From: Klebsiella pneumoniae
Lineage (GTDB): Bacteria > Myxococcota_A > UBA796 > SXON01
DNA length: 49,045 bases
Assembly (NCBI GenBank): GCA_945867435.1
Contig: CAMBIK010000002.1
Span: forward strand, 1 to 49,045
Direction of reading: 5' to 3'
Part shown: positions 7,672-15,116 of the stretch, piece by piece
How positions within the stretch are numbered: position 1 is the first letter of the stretch
Layout of the letters: each line of letters starts with the position of its first letter
Position numbers and translations under genes: made by a program
The notes under the pieces: model-generated
Seen by the model: the letters and a program-made list of their open reading frames with translations, nothing else
Told to the model about the DNA's origin: nothing
Database searches by the model: none

Positions 7672-9210
7672 TCAATGCTGCACGCGAAGCCGGTAGGTGG
7701 CTTCGTTAAAACGGCCGCCATCCTGCCGCGAATCGTGGCATTGGATGCACTGGGTGGTCGGCGGCGAGCGCACCATGTGTGCGGCAGTCGGCTGCGCCAC
7801 ATGATCGCGACCCGCTCCGTGGCAACTTTCACAGCCGACATCGGCCAGCCCGTGCAGGTCGCGCGGGTCGTGCGGACCCTCCTCGCTCTTGGCCCCCGTG
7901 ACATGGCAGCCGAAGCAATCGCGGTCGAACTGCCGTTCATCTGCCACCAAGGCCGCATAAGCTCGTGCGTGCCCGGTGGTGGACCACTGGCGATACGCCT
8001 CGACGTGACAGCCCTGACAAATGGCGTTGCCTACGAAGGGGCCCATCCCGACGATGCCGCCCGCCGTGGGAAGGGGCGTGGCGTCCGTTTGGGCCGGCTC
8101 GCCGGTAGCGTCGGTTCCCGGGTTTCCGGTGAAGGCGGCCTTGAATGCGGCGACGAGGGCCTGGGTTGGGGCGTGTTCGCCGGCCTCCGTTCCCAGGGAG
8201 CGCAGCTGGTTCCGGACGGTGCCGTGGAGCCCCGGTACCGCCAGCGAAGCTTCGAGCGCCGCCCGGGCTGTGGCCGCCTTGCCCGTCCAAAATTCTTCTT
8301 GGCGGGTGAGCCGTTCGATCGACTTCGGGTTGTCTGCCGCGGCCTTGCGAGCCGCGAGATCCTTCAGCTTGGCATCGGCGGCATCGACGTCGGAAGCGTG
8401 GGACGCCCCTTCACCGGAATCCCGCCAGCTGATTGCGCCCGGAGTCAGCGCCACATCGAGGAGTCCGAGCAGGCGGCCCCGGGAGCCGGAGCTGAGCGCG
8501 AGCCCACCGTTAGCCATCGGTGCGGGGTTGAGCAGACCTTCGATGGAGTCGCTGCGCACCATGAAGTCAACGCCGGTCGCGCGCTTGGCGAGGTCCAAGT
8601 CCCTCCCGCGTTCGAGGTCGGCCAGCACGACGACAACCACGTCGTCTCGGATGACCGATTCGAGCACTTGGCCGGGATCCCGAACCGTGCATCCCTCAAG
8701 CTTGAGGCTCGGGCTAGCGATCCCGAAAACCTTGATTTTTACTCCACCCTTTTCGAACTCCCGGACCGTGGGCCAGGGGAGCGGGTCGGCACAGTCCATG
8801 TTGCTCACGACGTAAGGCAGCGAATGGGCGGCACCGTTCTGCTCGACAAAGGCCCGACCCAACGCAAAGTCGCCTCGACCGGGGAGCATGGCGTCGATGC
8901 CGCCCAGGGCGAACGCCTCGGCGATCAGCTGGGCTTTGGCCTCTTTCTCCAGCCGCTCGTCTTCGCCGAGGGTGTGGCTGCGCCGGAACGCGTGCCCCGC
9001 ATCCACCACAAGCAGGTCACCGCGAGGGAACGTGGCCAGAACTGAGTTTCTCCGGGACAGACCGCCCTGGGGGTGCTTGGGTCAGCCACAGGGTTCGATC
9101 TCGCCATCCACCGCGCCCTGATAGGCGAGGGTGAAGGCGGGCGACGTGGACGAAGTCGCTACCGGTTCGGTCGTTGTAGAACAGGCGGAGAGCAGCGCGG
9201 CCAGGATCAT
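7672..9210 (-). CDS. Lipoprotein with a degenerate metallophosphoesterase/5'-nucleotidase-like domain and a C-terminal tetrahaem cytochrome c domain. It is full length only if the in-frame TGA at 9082-9084 is decoded (candidate selenocysteine)
   Basis: The track ORF 7672-9009 (GTG start) has four CxxCH sites (CQGCH, CFGCH, CESCH, CIQCH) but no signal peptide. In the same frame upstream, ATG 9210 overlaps the DUF4340 gene stop (ATGA). It encodes MILAALLSAC (lipobox LSAC) ...GAVDGEIEPCG, then TGA, then PKHPQGGLSRR...DLLVVDAGHAF. G/C3 bias is continuous across the TGA. The conservative alternative is 7672-9009 alone. Confidence 0.6.
9052..9070 (-). promoter_or_regulatory. Candidate bacterial SECIS-like hairpin downstream of the in-frame UGA
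   Basis: RNA with U of UGA numbered +1: UGACCCAAGCACCCCCAGGGCGGUCUGUCCCGG. C15,C16 pair with G33,G32. A17 is unpaired. G18-G20 pair with C31-C29. The apical loop contains G22 G23 U24 C25 U26. The 2 bp / bulge at +17 / stem / GGUC-loop geometry matches what I recall for E. coli fdhF. Confidence 0.5.
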
Positions 9211-10760
9211 GGTGCGCTTCCCGTTTTCGGTGATTCCTGTTTCCGTTTTTCGATACGCTCCTGGCGCTCCCGTTCCCGCTCCGCGCGTGTCTCGGCATCG
9301 ATCCTCGCCTTACGCTCCTCCTCTTCGGCCTCCCCGCGAGCGTGGCGTCCATGTTCGCGATGCAGGTCCTTCAGCACATCGATGAGTCCATCTTCCACGA
9401 TGTACACCTCGGGGTGCCCCATGTGGCGTGCGTACCATCGGGCGTGCTCTCGCCCTTCTTCATCCACCTTGGGGGCGGCCGCCTTCCCCAGCACGATTGT
9501 GGCGGTGCGGGCGTCGGCGTCCACCATCGCCACGCGGGCAATCGGGTGGTCAAAACCGTAGTCGGCGTCGGATGTCACGGTCGAGGTCACGAACTCGTCG
9601 CTCTCGATGTCGGCGGCCCTGCCCGCCACGCGGCGCGGGGTGCTGCCCGGGACGATGACGCCATCGTTCCACTGCCATTCGTCGGCCGCGTGAAGCACGG
9701 TCACGCTGCCGGCGAGCGCGGCATCATCGGGGTCGAGAGGGAAAAACTCGCTGGTGAGCGAGGTGAGCTTGTTCTGGTCCATCCTTGCGAACTGCCGGAG
9801 GCGGAACTCGGCGGGATCGCGCAGGTAGTCGTCGAGGAACACGTCGCGCACGAGGTACACAAACGGTTCGCCCACCAGCCGCGCGTAGGCCAAGGGGTAT
9901 TCGCCATCCTTCTCGCCGGAGTCTTTGCCGAGCTCCAGACCGAGGGGCTCCCGGCCACCCGAGAACGTGATGGTGATGGTGGCGCGTGGTGCGGCAAGGC
10001 CGAAGGTGTCCACATCCGCAGGTGTGCTCTCGACAAAGCGGATGGCCTTCATCGCGCTCACTCGGCCGAGCAGGCCGCGCACTTCCATGTCGGCAGCCGC
10101 AAAGGCCACGGGTTCCAGCAGATCCCAGAACCGTTCGCCGGCACGCTGAATCTTGAGCCGCTTTCCTCCAGGTAGAACGGCGGCAATGCCATCCACATCC
10201 TTCGAGTCGAAGCTGGCGAAGCGCCGCTCGCGGAACTCGTTGAGCTCCAGGGAGTAGTAGTCGACCGCGGACTTCTTCACGGTGAAGATCGCTTCGTCGC
10301 CCGTGCGTTGGATGTAGAAGCTGACGCCCGAAGGATTGGGATCTCCGGCGTCGAAGTCGAGGACTTGCCCGTCCCTCAGCGTTAGCTTCACATGGATCGC
10401 GTTGGGGCCGAGGCCGTAGAGAGCGCCCTCGTCGGCTTCGTCCACCACCGAGGCGCGGGAAACGAGGTCGTGAAGCTGGTGTTTGACCCGGTTCACCATC
10501 TGCCGGCTGGCGCGCATCTCGGTGCCTTCGATCCACCAGCTGTCGGGGCGTTCGACCAGCGAGATGGTGCCGTCGGGCCGGGTGACATCGATCCTCAGGA
10601 GGTCGGCCTTTTCGAACGTGAACAGGGCCACGCCCTCGACTTTCTTGAGTTCAGCCTTGCGTTGCAGCGGCGTGAGCTCGGTCGGCTTCAGCGAAAAGTA
10701 GCCAGCGACCAGCAAGAGCAGGGCCACCAGCGCGATCAGGGTGCTGCGGAACGGCTTCAT
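9207..10760 (-). CDS. DUF4340-like membrane-anchored protein (accessory to GldG-type ABC systems) with a charged E/R/K-rich C-terminal tail
   Basis: ATG 10760 gives MKPFRSTLIALVALLLLVAGYF (N-terminal TM). The pattern ...LFTFEKADLLRIDVTRPDGTISLVERPDSWWIEG... is typical of DUF4340. The tail reads EAEEEERKARIDAETRAERERERQERIEKRKQE. It lies 2 nt downstream of the GldG-like gene. Confidence 0.75.
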   Translation of the reverse strand: MKPFRSTLIALVALLLLVAGYFSLKPTELTPLQRKAELKKVEGVALFTFEKADLLRIDVTRPDGTISLVERPDSWWIEGTEMRASRQMVNRVKHQLHDLVSRASVVDEADEGALYGLGPNAIHVKLTLRDGQVLDFDAGDPNPSGVSFYIQRTGDEAIFTVKKSAVDYYSLELNEFRERRFASFDSKDVDGIAAVLPGGKRLKIQRAGERFWDLLEPVAFAAADMEVRGLLGRVSAMKAIRFVESTPADVDTFGLAAPRATITITFSGGREPLGLELGKDSGEKDGEYPLAYARLVGEPFVYLVRDVFLDDYLRDPAEFRLRQFARMDQNKLTSLTSEFFPLDPDDAALAGSVTVLHAADEWQWNDGVIVPGSTPRRVAGRAADIESDEFVTSTVTSDADYGFDHPIARVAMVDADARTATIVLGKAAAPKVDEEGREHARWYARHMGHPEVYIVEDGLIDVLKDLHREHGRHARGEAEEEERKARIDAETRAERERERQERIEKRKQESPKTGSAP

Positions 10761-10762
10761 GG

Positions 10763-12220
10763 CTACGCCCCCCGCCGAGAGGCCCACACGGCCGCGCCAA
10801 GGAGCAGCACCGACATCGGACCGATGCCGATCGCGAGCCAGCGAATCTGCTCGCCATCTTCGGCCGTCAGCGCCAGCCTTCGCACCGAAGCCGGGCGCCC
10901 CACGACGGAGATCCGTTCTTCATCGCCCACCAGCCAGCGAAAGCTGTTGAGAATAAAGCTGGCATTTCCTGGTCCTTCGCCGAGCAGCGAGTTTGTGAAC
11001 ACGTCGGCATCGCCGACCAGCAGCACGCGGGCTGCCCCGTTGGTGACCAGCCCGGAGTCGCGCGACACGTCGAGCGCGACCGCCATGGTGGCCGGACCCG
11101 CGCCGTCGATGTCGGGTTCGAACTGCGCCTGGCCGTTCTTGATCTCGCCGCCCCTGTCGATCCAGCCATCGCGACTGGTCTCCAACACGATGGTGCTGCG
11201 CACGCCCTCCATCGCGGGCACGGAGGTTTGGACCGGCGCGATGCCGCTGAGCACCGTGACCAGGCTGTCTTCAGCGAGATCCTTGGTGATCGGGTGGGAC
11301 TTGTACCGCGGCACAGGGCGATCGGGGTAGGGGAAAACCAGCAGCTTGTCGAGAACCCGACCGCTCGGCACCGCCACGCCCAACCGCGCGAACAGGTTCG
11401 GCACTGGAGAGTCGGGGTCTACCGCCAACAGGACCGCGCCGCCCCCGCTCAGGTAGGCGAGGAGCAGATCCTCCTCCAGGGCGGGGATGGGCACCTTGGG
11501 GCGCAATACGGCTACGGCCGCGGCGTCGTCTGGCACCCGGGGAACCGCCATGTCGCGCTGGCGCATGAAGTCGAGTCGCTTGAGCTCGTAGTCGTCCTGC
11601 GCGAGCACCGCGGCCGCTTCAGAGAGACCTCCGAGGTCGTGGTTTTCGGGATCGAGCTCGCCGTGGCCCACCAGCGCGTACACGACGCGCTTGTTTTCCG
11701 CCATCAGCTGCGAGAACGCACGGTTTACCGCCTGTTCCCCCAGGAATTCCAAGTGGCGCGCTTCGGCTTTCCCCACGCGCTTGAACAGCTCGCGGTCCTT
11801 GATGTCGACCCGCGCCGCGCCGCGCTGCACCACGACGGTGCTGTAGTCGGTGACCCCGAGCTTCTCGGCCGTAAGGCGGTCTTTGTCGAAATCGATGAGG
11901 TGCACGTCGACCATCTGGGAGTTGTAGTCCAGCTCCTCCAGCAAATCCTCGAGGGCGCGGTCCTTGAAGTAGGTCTCCTTTTTCCCCCGCTGGCCGCTGA
12001 ACGCCGTGACCGTCACGCGGGCCCCCCCTTGATCCAGCAGGGCGAGCTTGGTGCGAGTGTCGGCCAGGAGCACGGAGCCCTGGTCGGCGCTCAGGTCGGC
12101 GCGCACGCGTCGAAGGTCGGCCAGAAGGTACCCCACGCAGGCACAAGCGAGGACGAACGCGCTTACGAGCAGCGCGTTGCTTCCCGCCGCCAACCGCCGT
12201 TGTGATTGTTTTAGCGCCAT
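10763..12220 (-). CDS. GldG-like auxiliary component of an ABC-2 transporter (ABC_transp_aux family)
   Basis: It has an N-terminal TM (ALLVSAFVLACACVGYLL) and a C-terminal TM (IRWLAIGIGPMSVLLLGAAVW). The central region reads VTVTAFSGQRGKKETYFKDRALEDLLEELDYNSQMVDVHLIDFDKD, typical of GldG-like proteins. It overlaps the permease gene end by 10 nt. Confidence 0.8.
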   Translation of the reverse strand: MALKQSQRRLAAGSNALLVSAFVLACACVGYLLADLRRVRADLSADQGSVLLADTRTKLALLDQGGARVTVTAFSGQRGKKETYFKDRALEDLLEELDYNSQMVDVHLIDFDKDRLTAEKLGVTDYSTVVVQRGAARVDIKDRELFKRVGKAEARHLEFLGEQAVNRAFSQLMAENKRVVYALVGHGELDPENHDLGGLSEAAAVLAQDDYELKRLDFMRQRDMAVPRVPDDAAAVAVLRPKVPIPALEEDLLLAYLSGGGAVLLAVDPDSPVPNLFARLGVAVPSGRVLDKLLVFPYPDRPVPRYKSHPITKDLAEDSLVTVLSGIAPVQTSVPAMEGVRSTIVLETSRDGWIDRGGEIKNGQAQFEPDIDGAGPATMAVALDVSRDSGLVTNGAARVLLVGDADVFTNSLLGEGPGNASFILNSFRWLVGDEERISVVGRPASVRRLALTAEDGEQIRWLAIGIGPMSVLLLGAAVWASRRGA

Positions 12221-12921
12221 CGACGCGACTCAAGCGAACGGGTGGTGAGGAACAGGAAGCAGAAGGCCATCGCGAGGAAATAGTAGATGTCGGCGCTGTC
12301 GAGGATCCCGCGGCCGAACGAGTCGAGATGGAGAAGCACGCCGAAGGGCTGCAGGCGGGCGCCCCACTCGTCTCCTACCAGCGCTTCCGCGCGGGAGACA
12401 AGCCAGAAGGGCAGCAGGATCAGGATTCCGCTGAGCCCCGCGGCCAGCTGGTCGTCCCAGAGCGATGAGGTGAACAGGCCGGCTGCGCAGAATGCGCCGG
12501 CCGCAAGGAACAACCCCAGGTAGGTGGTGGTGACCACTCCCCAGTCTGGATCGCCGTAGTAGGCGAGGATCAAGGGGAGCACACCGGTGCCCACGAACAT
12601 CAGGAGGCAGAGCGTAAGCGAAGCCAACCATTTGCCGATCACCATGGCGAACGGCGAGATGGGCGAGGTCAGCAGCATCTCGAGGGTGCCCTGCCGACGT
12701 TCTTCCGCGAAGTGGCGCATGGTCAACATCGGGAGGATGAAGAGCTCGGCGATCGCGAGGTTGCTGGAGAGGACACGCAGGCTCGCTTCCCCGGTAAGCG
12801 TAATGCCGAGGTAGAAGAATAATCCGCTTAGAAACATGAATACGGCGAGGAATGCGTAGGCCGTGGGGTTTACGGCGTACACGCGCATCTCCTTCTTCCA
12901 GATGGTGAAGACGGCGGTCAT
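12211..12921 (-). CDS. ABC-2 family transporter permease (GldF-like)
   Basis: MTAVFTIWKKEMRVYAVNPTAYAFLAVFMFLSGLFFY followed by about 6 hydrophobic segments. The ATG overlaps the ATPase stop (12918-12921). Confidence 0.85.
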   Translation of the reverse strand: MTAVFTIWKKEMRVYAVNPTAYAFLAVFMFLSGLFFYLGITLTGEASLRVLSSNLAIAELFILPMLTMRHFAEERRQGTLEMLLTSPISPFAMVIGKWLASLTLCLLMFVGTGVLPLILAYYGDPDWGVVTTTYLGLFLAAGAFCAAGLFTSSLWDDQLAAGLSGILILLPFWLVSRAEALVGDEWGARLQPFGVLLHLDSFGRGILDSADIYYFLAMAFCFLFLTTRSLESRRWR

Positions 12922-13847
12922 GAGGCTTCTCCTTCCCGACCCACGATCGCGATGAACGCATCTTCAAGGGTGGGCATGCGGCGTTCCAGGGCGCGAAGCT
13001 GCCACGACCCTGCGGCGGCGTTCGCGGCCAGCATCTCGCGGGGGTCGCCCGAGGCGCGCACCCTCCAGGCCTCCCATCCATCCACATTACCCATCGGTTC
13101 CACCACTTCGACCCCCGGCAGCTTTCCGAGCTGCGGACCAGCGATTCCGCGAACCTCGACGTAGGTCCAGGCGCCGCCGGGGGCGGAGGCGCGGAGCTCG
13201 GCGATGGTGCCGTTCGCCACCAGCTTGCCCCGGTTGATGACCACGGCACGGGGGCATAGCGCTTCGACTTCGGAGAGGATGTGTGTGCTGAGGATCACGG
13301 TGTGCGTGCCCGCCAGGGAGAGGATCAAGTCGCGAATCCCTCCGACCTGGGCGGGGTCGAGTCCGGAGGTGGGCTCGTCGAGGATGAGCACCGGCGGATC
13401 GTGGAGGATCGCCTGAGCGAAGCCCACGCGCTGCCGGTAGCCTTTGGAGAGCGAGCCGAGCAAGCGCCCCTCCCAGCCGCGCAACCCGACACGTTCCATC
13501 GTTTCGCCGATTCGCACGGAGCGAATCGCGCGGGGAATGGACCGGAGCTCGGCGCAGAACTGCAGGTAGGAACCGACGCTGAGTTCGGGGTAGAGTGGAG
13601 GTGTTTCCGGCAGATATCCCACCCGTTCGCGCACGGCGTAGGGCTCGTCGAACACATCAAAGCCGGCCACGAGAACCTCGCCCTCCGTGGCCGGGATGAA
13701 CCCGGTGAGGATGCGCATGGTGGTGGTCTTGCCGGCACCGTTTGGGCCCAGAAAGCCCATGATTTCGCCTTTGGGGACGGAAAACGTCACATCGTCCAGG
13801 ACGAGGCGGGAACCATAGGCCTTCCTCAGGCCGCGGACTTCAATCAT
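12918..13847 (-). CDS. ABC transporter ATP-binding protein (GldA-like)
   Basis: ATG 13847 gives MIEVRGLRKAYG. Motifs: Walker A GPNGAGKTT, signature LSKGYRQR, Walker B LILDEPTSGLD. The track start at 14108 is rejected because that extension lacks coding-like composition. Confidence 0.92.
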   Translation of the reverse strand: MIEVRGLRKAYGSRLVLDDVTFSVPKGEIMGFLGPNGAGKTTTMRILTGFIPATEGEVLVAGFDVFDEPYAVRERVGYLPETPPLYPELSVGSYLQFCAELRSIPRAIRSVRIGETMERVGLRGWEGRLLGSLSKGYRQRVGFAQAILHDPPVLILDEPTSGLDPAQVGGIRDLILSLAGTHTVILSTHILSEVEALCPRAVVINRGKLVANGTIAELRASAPGGAWTYVEVRGIAGPQLGKLPGVEVVEPMGNVDGWEAWRVRASGDPREMLAANAAAGSWQLRALERRMPTLEDAFIAIVGREGEAS

Positions 13848-13869
13848 CGGTCGGCTGGTTAACCGACCG
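13848..13869. promoter_or_regulatory. Inverted repeat filling the 25-bp divergent spacer (candidate operator)
   Basis: CGGTCGG (13848-13854) - CTGGTTAA - CCGACCG (13863-13869), with 7-bp perfect arms. An internal GGTTAACC palindrome lies at 13857-13864. It sits between ATG 13847 (minus) and ATG 13873 (plus). Confidence 0.35.
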
Positions 13870-13872
13870 GGT

Positions 13873-14385
13873 ATGTGGATGTTGTTCGTGGTCCTCGCGA
13901 TTGCAAACCCCGTCGAGAGGGTGCTGTTCGTAGTGGGCGATCGCATCGTTACCCAGAGCGATGTCGCCTTCGAGTTGTTTTTTATCGGCCACGATCGCAG
14001 CCCTTTACCCTCGTTCGCAGCCGACGCGGGCCCCGTGGCCGAGCGGCTTCGGGACATCGCCGCGGTGCGGCAGCTGGCGGGTGACACGTCTGTGTTCAGT
14101 CCGAACAATGCTGAGGTGCGGGCTCGTGCTCACGCATTTCTCACCCAGTGGCCGCGCCCTGACGATGGTCTTGCCGCCCTCGAGGCGTGGGGCATGGATG
14201 AGGCGGCTTTCCTTGGCTTTGTTTACAGTCGGCTCGTGGTCGAGAACTGTGTCGTGCGTAGCGTGCCGTTGCCCGAAGCCCCGGAGGTCGAGGCCGAGCG
14301 GCTCGCCTGGCTGGCCCGCTACGACGTGTGGGTGGCTGGGGTTCGCCAGCGGGCGACCATCCGGGAGCCGAGGGGCGCGAAGTGA
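13873..14385 (+). CDS. Hypothetical exported/membrane-anchored protein (weak SurA N-terminal-like resemblance)
   Basis: The 170-aa ORF has good G/C3. The N-terminus MWMLFVVLAIANPVERVLFVVGDRIVTQSDV is hydrophobic. I recognise no firm family. Confidence 0.5.
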   Translation: MWMLFVVLAIANPVERVLFVVGDRIVTQSDVAFELFFIGHDRSPLPSFAADAGPVAERLRDIAAVRQLAGDTSVFSPNNAEVRARAHAFLTQWPRPDDGLAALEAWGMDEAAFLGFVYSRLVVENCVVRSVPLPEAPEVEAERLAWLARYDVWVAGVRQRATIREPRGAK

Positions 14386-14542
14386 TCTTTACGCATGGCG
14401 CTTTCTGCGCCTCCCAAGTCCATGAAACGTCCGGGCACCATTGGGCAGGCCCCTTGGGGTCGATCTGCGGCTGGGCGGGAAGGGGACAGCGATACGCCCG
14501 GCGCGTGAGTGGAAGGGGCGGCCAGCCCCTTTGTCCCGTACC

Positions 14543-15013
14543 ATGATGGACGTGCGCGACCTCGGCGCCGCCGACCTTGACCGACTGGTCGAACTCGAGG
14601 GGGCGTCCCTCGGCGTGGATGCGTGGACAAGGGGGATGATCGAAGAGGAGTTCGGCAGGCCTGGAGGACTTTTTCTTGGCCTTGGACAACCGCTTCAGGG
14701 TTTTGTGTGTGCGTGGGTGGTGTTCGACGAACTGCACTTGCTCCAGATTGCGGTGGCACCTGCTGCCCGGCGTGCTGGGCTCGGCTCGTTGCTTCATGCC
14801 GCTCTTCTGGACCGGTGCCGCGGGCGCGCCTCGGCCGGCTGGTTGGAGGTGCGCGCCGACAACGAAGCAGCCTGCGGGTTGTACTCACGCCTGGGCTGGA
14901 TGCCGGTGGGACGCCGTCCTCGCTACTACGCGGATGGCGAGGATGCGCTCGTGTTCCGGCTGGACCCGCTCTTTAATCAAAAGGGGGAAGGGGCTCGCCG
15001 CCCCTTCCCCTAA
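14543..15013 (+). CDS. rimI: GNAT acetyltransferase, ribosomal-protein-alanine N-acetyltransferase RimI-like
   Basis: ATG 14543 gives MMDVRDLGAADLDRLVELE. GNAT motif A: LLQIAVAPAARRAGLGSLL. RimI-type C-terminus: EVRADNEAACGLYSRLGW...RYYADGEDALVF. Confidence 0.8.
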   Translation: MMDVRDLGAADLDRLVELEGASLGVDAWTRGMIEEEFGRPGGLFLGLGQPLQGFVCAWVVFDELHLLQIAVAPAARRAGLGSLLHAALLDRCRGRASAGWLEVRADNEAACGLYSRLGWMPVGRRPRYYADGEDALVFRLDPLFNQKGEGARRPFP

Positions 15014-15078
15014 CGCGCCATTTCCTCCGGCCTCCAAGCTTTGCTTTCCGGCCTGGCGTGTCGCTGTCCCCATCCCGC

Positions 15079-15109
15079 CCAGCCGCAGAGCGGCCCCACC
15101 GGCGGCTGG
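15079..15109. terminator. GC-rich hairpin between convergent rimI and zinc-ribbon genes
   Basis: CCAGCCGC (15079-15086) pairs with GCGGCTGG (15102-15109) around a 15-nt loop. There is no U-tract, so function is inferred only. Confidence 0.15.
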
Positions 15110-15116
15110 AGTCGCT

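Noticed and set aside
7585-9045. 486-aa plus-strand ORF
   Set aside because: It is antisense to the haem lipoprotein gene, which has four CxxCH motifs and proper G/C3.
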